DNA from: an uncultured Gemmatimonadales bacterium
Lineage (GTDB): Bacteria; Gemmatimonadota; Gemmatimonadetes; Gemmatimonadales; GWC2-71-9
Assembly (NCBI GenBank): GCA_963716055.1
Contig: CAVQSR010000001.1
Span: 11,367 to 75,366 of the forward strand
Length of the DNA stretch: 64,000 bases
Reading direction: 5' to 3'
Positions 47,157-55,597 of the stretch are shown here, piece by piece (positions within the stretch are counted from its first letter, which is position 1; every line of letters begins with the position of its first letter). The notes beneath the pieces are model-generated. The model was given only the letters and a program-made list of their open reading frames with translations, searched no databases and was not told the origin of the DNA. The position numbers and the translations under genes are program-made.

Positions 47157-47735
47157 TCAGGAGCCCGGTGCGACGAGGGCGAGAAAGGGCGTGAGAATGC
47201 GCTCGGTCATGCCCCAGATCACGTGGTCACCCACGTGGTAGGCGGCAAACGTGCGCGCCTCGCCGCGCAGGACCAGCGTGAAGTCGCGCTGCGTGGCCGG
47301 AGCGTGGAGCACGCCGAGCGGCACCCAGAACGCGGTGGTCACCTCGTCGCTCAGCACGAGCGGCGGCGCGCGTTCCAGGGCGAAGACGAAGGGCCGGACG
47401 ACCACCGGGGGCAGCAGCACGCTGCGGGGGTAAACGTCGTCCAGCACGCCCAGCCGCTCGGCGCCGCCGAGCCCCACGCCCGTCTCCTCGAGCGTTTCGC
47501 GCATCGCGGTGGCGAGCAGATCGGAATCCGCGAGATCGCGGCGCCCGCCGGGCAAGGCGATCTGTCCCGACCACGGGTCGCCCGTGCGCTCGGCCCGGCG
47601 GATGAACAGCGCGGCCAGCCCGTCGGCGCTTTCGGTGAGCACCAGCGCGACCGCCGCGGGCGCCGCCTCGGGCGCGTGCTCCTCGCGGGCCCGGTGGGCG
47701 CCGAGCGCGCGGCGGACGTGCTCGAGCGTGATCAC
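47157..47735 (-). CDS. Nudix CoA pyrophosphatase
   Basis: DPWSGQIALPGG, AMRETLEETG, IWGMT. Confidence 0.9.
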   Translation of the reverse strand: MITLEHVRRALGAHRAREEHAPEAAPAAVALVLTESADGLAALFIRRAERTGDPWSGQIALPGGRRDLADSDLLATAMRETLEETGVGLGGAERLGVLDDVYPRSVLLPPVVVRPFVFALERAPPLVLSDEVTTAFWVPLGVLHAPATQRDFTLVLRGEARTFAAYHVGDHVIWGMTERILTPFLALVAPGS

Positions 47736-48268
47736 GCGAGATGCCGCGCGAACCAGGCGACTGTGGCGTCGAGCACGCGTGCGAAGCCGGGCCCGGACCC
47801 GCTCCACGCGAAGCGCTGCGCGGCTTCGACGGGCAGGGGCCCGTCCCCCGCACCATGAACCAGGAGCCACGGCACGCGGACCTCCGCCGCGGCGGACGGG
47901 AGTGCCTCCCACGTCACGAGGGCGAGCACGGCCGGATCGACCACCGCGCGATCCGCGGCTATGGCTCCGCCGGCCCCGTAACCCAGGAGCCCCAGCGTTG
48001 GAGGGGCGTCGCAAATCGCGCCGACGCGCAGCGCCGCGAGCACGACGTCGAGATCGCCCGGCGCGGCGGCATCGTACGAAACGGCCGCAAACCCCGCCCG
48101 CGCCAGCCGCTCGGTGGTGGCCGCATGAAACGCCCAGTCCTCGAACCCCTCGGTGCCGTGACAGATGACGACCGCTGGACGAGAGCCACCGCCGGTGCGT
48201 ACCGCGCCGCGGAGCGGGCCGGCGTCCGCCGCGGTCAGCTCGAACGCACGGATCGCAGGGGTCGCCAT
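47732..48268 (-). CDS. Degenerate alpha/beta-hydrolase-fold protein
   Basis: ICHGTEGFEDW, GYGAGG in place of GxSxG, LVHGAGD. Confidence 0.65.
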   Translation of the reverse strand: MATPAIRAFELTAADAGPLRGAVRTGGGSRPAVVICHGTEGFEDWAFHAATTERLARAGFAAVSYDAAAPGDLDVVLAALRVGAICDAPPTLGLLGYGAGGAIAADRAVVDPAVLALVTWEALPSAAAEVRVPWLLVHGAGDGPLPVEAAQRFAWSGSGPGFARVLDATVAWFARHLA

Positions 48269-48366
48269 GGCGGGTCGGCGCCGCGCGCGCGGCGCGGCTG
48301 GTGCGGGATGGTGGGCATCGCGATCTTGCGAACGATTCGCAGCCGGGAATCTTAGCCGCCGAGCGC

Positions 48367-49611
48367 ATGCGAAACCACATCTGGATGGCCCTCGGCCTCG
48401 TGGCCGGGCTCGCCCTGGGCCTCGCGGCCTCGGCCACGGGCTCGCCGCTGCTCCAGGGCATCGCGAACGGCGTGCGTCCCATCGGGACGCTGTTCCTGCG
48501 GCTTTTGCAGATGGTGGTCATCCCGCTCGTCGCCGCGGCGCTGTTCACGGGGGTCGCGGGACTGGGAGACGTGCGGCGCCTCGGCCGGCTGGGCGGGCGC
48601 GCCCTCGGGTTCTTCTGGGGCACCACGCTCATCGCCATCGCCATCGGCTTCGCGGTCGCGGCCCTCATCCTGCCGCTGGCGGACGTGCCGCCCGAGTACC
48701 AGACGCGGCTGCGCGCGCTCGCGGCGGACTCGACCGACGCCCGGCCGCAGGCCCCGCCCGCGGGGGGTGCGCGGTTCCTCGTGGAGCTCGTCCCCGCCAA
48801 TCCCGTGCGCGCGGCGGTGGACGGCCAGCTGCTCCCGCTCATCGTCTTCGTCGGCATCTTCGCCGTGGCCGCCGCCGCCCTTCCCGCTGCCAAGCGGGAG
48901 CCGCTGCTCGAGCTGGCCGACGCCGTGACGCGCGCGCTGATTCGCGTGGTCCACTGGGTGCTGGTGCTCGCGCCGCCGGGGATCTTTGCGCTCGTGGCGC
49001 CGGCGGTGGCCGAGTTCGGGTGGGATCTCGTGCGCGCGATGCTGGTCTACGTCGCGGCCGTGGCCGCGGGGGTCTTTGTGCTCGTGGCCGCCGTGTACGT
49101 ACCGGTGGTCCGGGCTCTGGGACGGCGCGCCACGGCGGTGGTGCTGCGCTCGAGCGTGGCCCCGGTGCTGATGGGCTTCTCGACCACCTCGTCGCTGGCG
49201 GCGCTGCCGGCGATGTTCGATGCCGCCGAGCGCGACCTCGGCCTGAGCCCCGTGGTCGCGGGCCTCGTGCTCCCACTCGGCGCCACCGTGAACCGCGCGG
49301 GGAGTGCGCTGTTCCAGGCCGTGGCTTTGCTGTTCGTGGCGCGCCTGTTCGGCACGCCGATCGGCGTGGCCGCGCTGGTGCAGGCGGGCGCCGCCGTGTT
49401 CCTCGCGTCCCTCACGGTGGCCGCCGTCCCGAGCGGCAGCGTGCTGAGCCTCGTGCCGGCGTTCACCGCGATGGGCCTGCCGCTCTCGGGCGTGCCCCTG
49501 CTCCTCGGGCTCGACCGCATCCCCGATATGTTCCGCACCGCGACCAACGTCGCGGGCGACATGGCCGCCGTCGTCGTGCTGGACGCCGTCGAGGGGCCGC
49601 CCCCGGCGTGA
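48367..49611 (+). CDS. Dicarboxylate/amino acid:cation symporter (DAACS)
   Basis: FLRLLQMVVIPLV, FSTTSSLAALP, LPLGATVN, DRIPDMFRTATNV. Confidence 0.92.
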   Translation: MRNHIWMALGLVAGLALGLAASATGSPLLQGIANGVRPIGTLFLRLLQMVVIPLVAAALFTGVAGLGDVRRLGRLGGRALGFFWGTTLIAIAIGFAVAALILPLADVPPEYQTRLRALAADSTDARPQAPPAGGARFLVELVPANPVRAAVDGQLLPLIVFVGIFAVAAAALPAAKREPLLELADAVTRALIRVVHWVLVLAPPGIFALVAPAVAEFGWDLVRAMLVYVAAVAAGVFVLVAAVYVPVVRALGRRATAVVLRSSVAPVLMGFSTTSSLAALPAMFDAAERDLGLSPVVAGLVLPLGATVNRAGSALFQAVALLFVARLFGTPIGVAALVQAGAAVFLASLTVAAVPSGSVLSLVPAFTAMGLPLSGVPLLLGLDRIPDMFRTATNVAGDMAAVVVLDAVEGPPPA

Positions 49612-50747
49612 TCGTCGGCTGGGCGGTCGCCGCCGGATACGTCCTCGTTCTCATGGTGGCGACCGGGCGCGTGCGCGCGCGCCGGCCGGCGCTCGCCGAC
49701 TACACCCCCGCCGCCCGCGCCACCCCCGCCCGCCTCGTGTCCATTGTCGTCCCCGCCCGCGACGAGGCGGCCAACATCCACGCATGCGTCCGCTCGATGC
49801 TCGACAACACCTACGACCCGCTCGAGATCGTCGTGGTGGACGACCGCTCGAGCGACGCGACGCCCGCGCTGGTGGACCAGGTGGCCGCGGCGCCGGAGGC
49901 GGCCGGCCGCGTCCGCCTGGTCCGCGGCAGCGATCCGCCGCCCGGCTGGTTCGGCAAGCAGTGGGCGCTGATTCAGGGATACCGCGCGTCGCAGGGTGAC
50001 CTGCTGCTGTTCGCCGACGCCGATACGCGCCACGAGCCCGAGCTCGTGGAGCGGGCGGTGGCCGCCCTGGAGCAGGAGCGGGTGGACCTGGTCAGCGTGA
50101 TCCCGCACCAGGAGACCGGCTCGTTCTGGGAACGGCTGCTCCAGCCCCACGTGTTCTTCGTGCTCGGCGCGCGCGTGGGCGACCTGCGGCGCATCAACCG
50201 CACGCGCACGCCGTGGGACGCCATCGCCAACGGCCAGTTCATCCTCACCACGCGCGCCGCCTATGAGGCGGTGGGGACACACGACCGAGTGAAGGACACC
50301 GTGGTGGACGATCTCGCGCTGGCGCAGGCGTACGTCGCGGGAGGGAAGGACATTTTCCTCGCGCACGCGCAGCCGTTCATGCGGACGCGCATGTACCGCT
50401 CGCTCGGCGAGATCCTGGCGGGATGGACGAAGAACCTGGCGCTCGGCGCGCCGCGGATGCTGCCCCCGGTGCCGTGGCTGCGGCGTGTCGCCCCGTGGAT
50501 CATGTGGCTGCCGGCGCTGGCGTGGCTCGCGCCGCCCCTCGCGTGGGCGCTCACCGGCTGGCCCTTCGCGCTGGTCGCGACACTGGCATCGCTCGCACTG
50601 TGGGCGGTGGTCTACCGTGAGGAAGGCGTCGGGGTCGGATACGCGCTGCTGTATCCCGTCGCGGCCGCGGTCGTGATGGTGATCGTGCTGCGGTCGGCGA
50701 TGCGTGGTCGGCGCGTGGAATGGAAAGGACGGCGGTACGGCGGCTAG
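49608..50747 (+). CDS. Family 2 glycosyltransferase (CrtQ/HpnB-like)
   Basis: VPARDE, VDDRSSD, GWFGKQWA, DAD, NGQF, DDLALA. Confidence 0.9.
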   Translation: MIVGWAVAAGYVLVLMVATGRVRARRPALADYTPAARATPARLVSIVVPARDEAANIHACVRSMLDNTYDPLEIVVVDDRSSDATPALVDQVAAAPEAAGRVRLVRGSDPPPGWFGKQWALIQGYRASQGDLLLFADADTRHEPELVERAVAALEQERVDLVSVIPHQETGSFWERLLQPHVFFVLGARVGDLRRINRTRTPWDAIANGQFILTTRAAYEAVGTHDRVKDTVVDDLALAQAYVAGGKDIFLAHAQPFMRTRMYRSLGEILAGWTKNLALGAPRMLPPVPWLRRVAPWIMWLPALAWLAPPLAWALTGWPFALVATLASLALWAVVYREEGVGVGYALLYPVAAAVVMVIVLRSAMRGRRVEWKGRRYGG

Positions 50748-51448
50748 TTCCGGAGGACGGTGAAAACGAGGAGAATCCCCACGACCACGCTCCCGGCGGC
50801 GGAGCCCAAATGGAGGACGGTGGCCCACTGCGCGCCGCGCCCGGACGCGAGGCGCACCAGCCACCCGAGTCCGACGCTCACGCCCAGCATGCCGACGATC
50901 GTTCCCCCGCCGAACGCCAGGATGTACGTGATGCGCAGCGCGGCCGTGGGCGCCGCGGCGACGAGCAGGACGATGACGGCGGCCGACCCCGCCAGCCCGT
51001 GGAGCACCCCGAACCCCAGTGCGCGATGCAGATCGCCCGCGGGGTGAGTGTGATCGTGGGCAGCGCCACGGGCGTGGCTGTGCAGATGAAGGTGCGGTGG
51101 GGCGCCGTGGGCATGCTGGTGCATGTGCCAACGGCCCCGCGCGTAGCGCCACACGACGGCGGTACCGAGGGCCACGAGCAGCGCGCCGACGCCGAGCTCC
51201 GCCGCGGGCCAGAGACGCGGCGGCAGCGTCAGCCCGAGCCCGACCACCGCGAGCGCCACCGCGCCGACGGCGGCGGTGTGCCCGGCGCCCCACGCGACGC
51301 CCAGTCGGGCCGCCGGCCACAGGCGCCCCTGGCGGGTGGCCAGGGTGGACACGGCGGCCAGATGATCGGGCTCGAAGGCGTGGCGCAGGCCAAGCAGCAG
51401 GCCGATTCCGGCTACGGTCGCAACGGATGGCGTGATCACGGTCACCAA
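50744..51448 (-). CDS. UreH/HoxN-like Ni/Co transporter family membrane protein
   Basis: HAFEPDH, WGAGH, His-rich loop, HGLAGS. Confidence 0.88.
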   Translation of the reverse strand: MVTVITPSVATVAGIGLLLGLRHAFEPDHLAAVSTLATRQGRLWPAARLGVAWGAGHTAAVGAVALAVVGLGLTLPPRLWPAAELGVGALLVALGTAVVWRYARGRWHMHQHAHGAPPHLHLHSHARGAAHDHTHPAGDLHRALGFGVLHGLAGSAAVIVLLVAAAPTAALRITYILAFGGGTIVGMLGVSVGLGWLVRLASGRGAQWATVLHLGSAAGSVVVGILLVFTVLRN

Positions 51449-51490
51449 AGCTCACCGGGTGCGTAGTAGAAAGGTAGCATTCGGGCCCGC

Positions 51491-51520
51491 TGCAACCTTC
51501 GGGGCGGCCCCCCTATCCAA
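51491..51520 (+). promoter_or_regulatory. Candidate autoregulated ECF promoter
   Basis: TGCAACC-N17-ATCCAA immediately upstream of the ECF sigma gene. Confidence 0.45.
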
Positions 51521-51529
51521 TCTTGCGAC

Positions 51530-52111
51530 ATGCGACCCTCGGGCGCCGAGGTGGGGACACTGCAACGCAATCCGACGTCGGTAGCGGAAGCGGAGCTGGC
51601 GGACGCGGCCCTCGCGGCGAGCGGGGACGGGCAGGCGTTCGAGCGGCTGTACCGCACGCACGTAGCGCGGATCCACACGCTCGCGCGGCGGATGGTGGAC
51701 GCGGACCATGCCGACGACCTCACCCAGGAAGTGTTCGTGCGGGCCTGGGAGAAGCTGGGGACGTTCCGGGGGGAGGCGGCGTTCGGCACGTGGCTGCACC
51801 GCGTGGCGGTGAACGTGATCCTGGGGCGCCGCAAGGCGATCGGGACCGAGCGCCAGCGGCTGGCGGCCGACGACACGGCGATCGACGCCACGCCCGCCGC
51901 GGGGCCCCGGGCGGTCACGCCCGAATGGGGCATCGATTTCGACGATGCGATCGGGCGCCTCCCGCAGCGGGCGCGGCAAGTGTTCCTGCTGCACGACGTG
52001 GCGGGATATCGCCACGAGGAGATCGCCGGACTGCTCGGCATCGTGGCGGGGACGTCGAAGTCACAGCTGCATCACGCGAGAATGGCGTTGCGGCAGTACC
52101 TGGACAGATGA
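51530..52111 (+). CDS. ECF RNA polymerase sigma factor
   Basis: GDGQAFERLY, DLTQEVF, FGTWLHRVAVN, region 4 EEIA..LG...GTSKSQL. Confidence 0.94.
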   Translation: MRPSGAEVGTLQRNPTSVAEAELADAALAASGDGQAFERLYRTHVARIHTLARRMVDADHADDLTQEVFVRAWEKLGTFRGEAAFGTWLHRVAVNVILGRRKAIGTERQRLAADDTAIDATPAAGPRAVTPEWGIDFDDAIGRLPQRARQVFLLHDVAGYRHEEIAGLLGIVAGTSKSQLHHARMALRQYLDR

Positions 52112-52113
52112 CG

Positions 52114-52148
52114 GGGATGAGGGATGAGGGATGAGGGACGGGTGACGA
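52114..52148. repeat. Heptamer tandem repeat (GGGATGA x3 plus degenerate copies), single arm
   Basis: Read directly between sigma and anti-sigma genes. Confidence 0.75.
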
Positions 52149-52159
52149 CGGAGGGCGCG

Positions 52160-52837
52160 ATGAGCGACCATTGGACTGACCGGCTGAGCGAGTACCTGGA
52201 CGGCGAACTCGGGGTGGCCGAGCGGGCGGCGCTCGAGGCGCACCTGGACGGCTGTCCGGCGTGCCGCGCCACGCTGGCCGAGCTGCGGCGCGTGGTGGCG
52301 CGGGCGCAGGCGCTCGAGGACGCGCCGCCCGAGCGCGATCTGTGGCCGGTGATCGCGCGGCAGCTCGGCAGCCGGCAGCCGGACGTCGTGGAGCTCGCCC
52401 GGCGCCGCACGGGTCGCCGCATCAGCTTCACGGTCCCGCAGCTCATGGCGGCGGGCATCGCGCTGATGCTGGTATCGGCCGGGGCGGTGTGGACGGCGCT
52501 CGCGAGCCGTGGGGTCACGACGGCCCCGCCGGCGGCGCCGGCCCTGGTTGCGGCTCCCGGCGTCGTCGAGGCCGGCTCGCGCGGCGTGGCGCGTTACGAC
52601 GTGGCCATCGCTGACCTCGAGCGGGTGCTCGCGCAGCACCGCACCGAGCTCGACTCCGCTACCGTGCGAGTGCTCGAGAAGAACCTCGCGATCATCGACC
52701 GGGCAATCGCCGACGCACGCGCGGCGCTCGCGGCGGACCCGTCGAGCGCGTACCTGAACAACCATCTCGCGCGGACGATGCGGCGCAAACTGGACCTGCT
52801 GCGGCAGGCGAGCACGCTCGTCGACGCGGCGACGTAG
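52160..52837 (+). CDS. zf-HC2 anti-sigma factor
   Basis: LSEYLDGEL, HLDGCPAC, single TM. Confidence 0.92.
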   Translation: MSDHWTDRLSEYLDGELGVAERAALEAHLDGCPACRATLAELRRVVARAQALEDAPPERDLWPVIARQLGSRQPDVVELARRRTGRRISFTVPQLMAAGIALMLVSAGAVWTALASRGVTTAPPAAPALVAAPGVVEAGSRGVARYDVAIADLERVLAQHRTELDSATVRVLEKNLAIIDRAIADARAALAADPSSAYLNNHLARTMRRKLDLLRQASTLVDAAT

Positions 52838-52846
52838 GGAGGCACG

Positions 52847-53782
52847 ATGCTGGCGGTCTTGGCGGCGGCGAGCCTGGCGCTCGCGCAACAGACGGACACG
52901 ACCTTCGCGGTGCAGCAGGGCGCGCGGCTGCGGCTCGACAATCACGGCGGCGAGATCGTGGTGCGCGCATGGACCCAGAACCGGGTCCGCGTCACCGCCA
53001 CCCACTCGAGCCGCGACCGGATCGACGTATCGATCGGAGCCAGCGCCGTGCGCGTCCAAGCCGAGCGCCAGCGCGGCATGGCGCATCTCGTGGACTACGC
53101 CATCACCGTCCCGACGTGGATGCCGGTCGAGCTGGCGGGCGTCTCGACCGACATCGTGATCGAGGGCGTGCAGGCCGACGTGCGGGCCGAGACCGTCGAG
53201 GGCGACGTCACGCTGACGGGCGGGTCGGGCAACGTGTCGCTCGGGTCGGTGAGCGGCGAGGTGATCGCGACGGGCGTCCGCGGCCGTCTCAAGGTGACCG
53301 CGGTGGACGGTGCCGTGACGCTCAGGGACATCGCGGCCGACATCGCGGTAGACGCGGTGGACGGCGACATCGTGGTCACCGGCGCCCAGACGGGCGCGGT
53401 CGAGCTGAATTCGGTGGACGGCAACATCTATTACGCGGGAACGATCCGCGACGGCGGCCGCTACCAGTTCGCAAGCCACGACGGGAACGTCACGGTTGCC
53501 GTGGCCGCGGGGACCAACGCCACGGTCAGCGTCGCGACGTTCTCGGGCGAGTTCGATTCCAGTTTCCCGATCATGCTGCAGCGCCTGCCCGGCAAGCGCC
53601 GCTTCTCGTTCACGCTGGGCAGCGGCAGCGCGCGCCTCGAGCTCGAGACGTTCGACGGCCAGATCATGCTGCGGCGGCCGGGGGAGCTGCCCGCCCCCGA
53701 CCCCAAGCACCGGCGGCGGGGCGACCCCAATCCGAATCCCAATCCGAATCCCGACGGCGACCACGACCGTAACGACTACTGA
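52847..53782 (+). CDS. DUF4097 beta-strand repeat protein
   Basis: Signal peptide; repeated V.GD/E(I/V) units. Confidence 0.85.
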   Translation: MLAVLAAASLALAQQTDTTFAVQQGARLRLDNHGGEIVVRAWTQNRVRVTATHSSRDRIDVSIGASAVRVQAERQRGMAHLVDYAITVPTWMPVELAGVSTDIVIEGVQADVRAETVEGDVTLTGGSGNVSLGSVSGEVIATGVRGRLKVTAVDGAVTLRDIAADIAVDAVDGDIVVTGAQTGAVELNSVDGNIYYAGTIRDGGRYQFASHDGNVTVAVAAGTNATVSVATFSGEFDSSFPIMLQRLPGKRRFSFTLGSGSARLELETFDGQIMLRRPGELPAPDPKHRRRGDPNPNPNPNPDGDHDRNDY

Positions 53783-53804
53783 CCGGCACACCGAGGAGCC
53801 AGCC

Positions 53805-54590
53805 ATGCGCAGCACCATCGCACTGACCGCGGTCGCCCTGACAGCGCTGACGGCGCCCGTCGCGGCGCAGGATTTCCGCTGGACCGGGCGGGTCGCGGCG
53901 GATCAGGAGCTCGAGATCAGAGGCGTCAACGGCCGGATCGAGGCGACCGCGGCGAGCGGCGATCAGATCGAAGTCACCGCCGTGAAGCGGGCGCGGCGCA
54001 GCGATCCCGAGACGGTCACGATCGAAGTGCTCGAGCACGCCGGCGGCGTGACGATCTGCGCCGTCTATCCCACTCCGCGGCGCGCCCGGCACGACACCGC
54101 GTGCGCCCCGGGGACCGACGGCCACATGAGCACCGAGGACAACGACGTCAGCGTGCACTTCACGGTGAAAGTGCCGGCGACGGTGCGCTTCGCGGGCCAC
54201 ACGGTGAATGGCGACGTCGCCGCGTCTGGTCTCGTCGCCGATGTCGATGTCGGCACCGTGAACGGGGACGTGGACGTCACGACCCGCGGCCGGGCCGAGG
54301 CTCGCACGGTGAACGGATCGATCGACGCGACGATCGGCCGCGCCGACTGGACCGGAGACCTCGACTTCCGCACCGTCAACGGCGCGATCACGCTGACGCT
54401 CCCGGCCGACATCTCGACGGACGTCGAAGCGGAGACGGTGAACGGCGACATCGAGTCGGACTTTCCGCTGACGGTGAGCGGTCGCTTCGGCCCCCGCCGC
54501 TTGCGGGGAACGATCGGCACCGGCGGGCGCAATCTCGACCTGCAGACGGTGAACGGCAGCATCCGGCTGCTCCGCTCCGGCAGCCGCTGA
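53805..54590 (+). CDS. DUF4097 beta-strand repeat protein
   Basis: Signal peptide; repeated TVNG units. Confidence 0.88.
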   Translation: MRSTIALTAVALTALTAPVAAQDFRWTGRVAADQELEIRGVNGRIEATAASGDQIEVTAVKRARRSDPETVTIEVLEHAGGVTICAVYPTPRRARHDTACAPGTDGHMSTEDNDVSVHFTVKVPATVRFAGHTVNGDVAASGLVADVDVGTVNGDVDVTTRGRAEARTVNGSIDATIGRADWTGDLDFRTVNGAITLTLPADISTDVEAETVNGDIESDFPLTVSGRFGPRRLRGTIGTGGRNLDLQTVNGSIRLLRSGSR

Positions 54591-54606
54591 GGGCGGCCGG
54601 CGCCGC

Positions 54607-55452
54607 TCAGCTCCCGCGGAACGTGTCGCACGCCGCCACGGTCCCCTGGTCGAGTCCGCGACGGAACCAGCGCACGCGCTGCTCCGAAGTGCCGTGCGTA
54701 AAAGACTCCGGCACGATGTAGCCCTGGGCCTGGCGCTGCAGCCGGTCGTCGCCGATGGCGGCCGCGGCGCTCAGGCCCTCCTCCACGTCGCCCGATTCGA
54801 GGATCGCCCGCCGGGCGTGGGCGTGGTAAGCCCACACGCCGGCGAAGCAGTCGGCCTGTAGCTCCTGGCGCACCGACAGCGCGTTGGCGTCGCGCTCGCT
54901 CATCCGGCGGCGGGCGCGGTCCACCTCCTCGGCCACGCCCAGCAGGTTCTGGACGTGGTGCCCGATCTCGTGAGCGATAACGTACGCCTGGGCGAAGTCG
55001 CCCGGGGCGCCGAACCGCGCTCCCAGCTCGTTCCAGAACGACAAATCGATGTAGACCTTGCGGTCGGGCGGACAATAGAACGGCCCAACCGCCGCCCCCG
55101 CGTAGCCGCAGGCCGATGACACGGCGTCGGTGAACAGCACGAGCGTGGCGGGCTCGTACGCGCGCCCCGCCTGCCGGAACAACTCACCCCACGCGTCCTC
55201 GGTCTCGCCCAGGACGGCCGCCACGAAGTCGGCGGCCCGGTCGCCGGGGTCGGGCGCGGCGGCGGGCACCGCCTGTCCCTCCGATCCGCCGCCGCCGAGC
55301 AGGGGCAGCAGCTCGAGCGGGCTACGGCCGGTGACGAGCGACAGCACCAGCACGATCAGGATTCCGGCACCGCCCAGCTTGATCCCGCCGCGGGCGCCCA
55401 TGCCGCGCCGGTCCTCGACGTTGTCGCTGCGTCGGCTGTCCTCGAGGCGCAT
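54607..55452 (-). CDS. Neutral zinc metallopeptidase (YpfJ-like)
   Basis: SDNVEDRRG, GPFYCP, AHEIGHHVQ, ELQADC, FTHG. Confidence 0.93.
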   Translation of the reverse strand: MRLEDSRRSDNVEDRRGMGARGGIKLGGAGILIVLVLSLVTGRSPLELLPLLGGGGSEGQAVPAAAPDPGDRAADFVAAVLGETEDAWGELFRQAGRAYEPATLVLFTDAVSSACGYAGAAVGPFYCPPDRKVYIDLSFWNELGARFGAPGDFAQAYVIAHEIGHHVQNLLGVAEEVDRARRRMSERDANALSVRQELQADCFAGVWAYHAHARRAILESGDVEEGLSAAAAIGDDRLQRQAQGYIVPESFTHGTSEQRVRWFRRGLDQGTVAACDTFRGS

Positions 55453-55597
55453 CCTATCCTCCGATTCAGAGGGAGGACGCTGCACGGCTCGCGGCCCGAG
55501 CACAAGCCCGCTCCGGTCACCCCGAGGCGGCGCGCTTTCGGCCCGATCGGCGCGATTTCGATGACGGCCCGGTCGGCGCCGCGTCGCATGGTGTGCC

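Noticed and set aside
53725-53755. CCCAATCCGAAT repeats
   Set aside because: Simple coding Pro-Asn tail of the DUF4097 protein, with no inverted arm.
51530-54590. ECF/anti-sigma/DUF4097 module as a novel system
   Set aside because: A common, already recognised gene arrangement.
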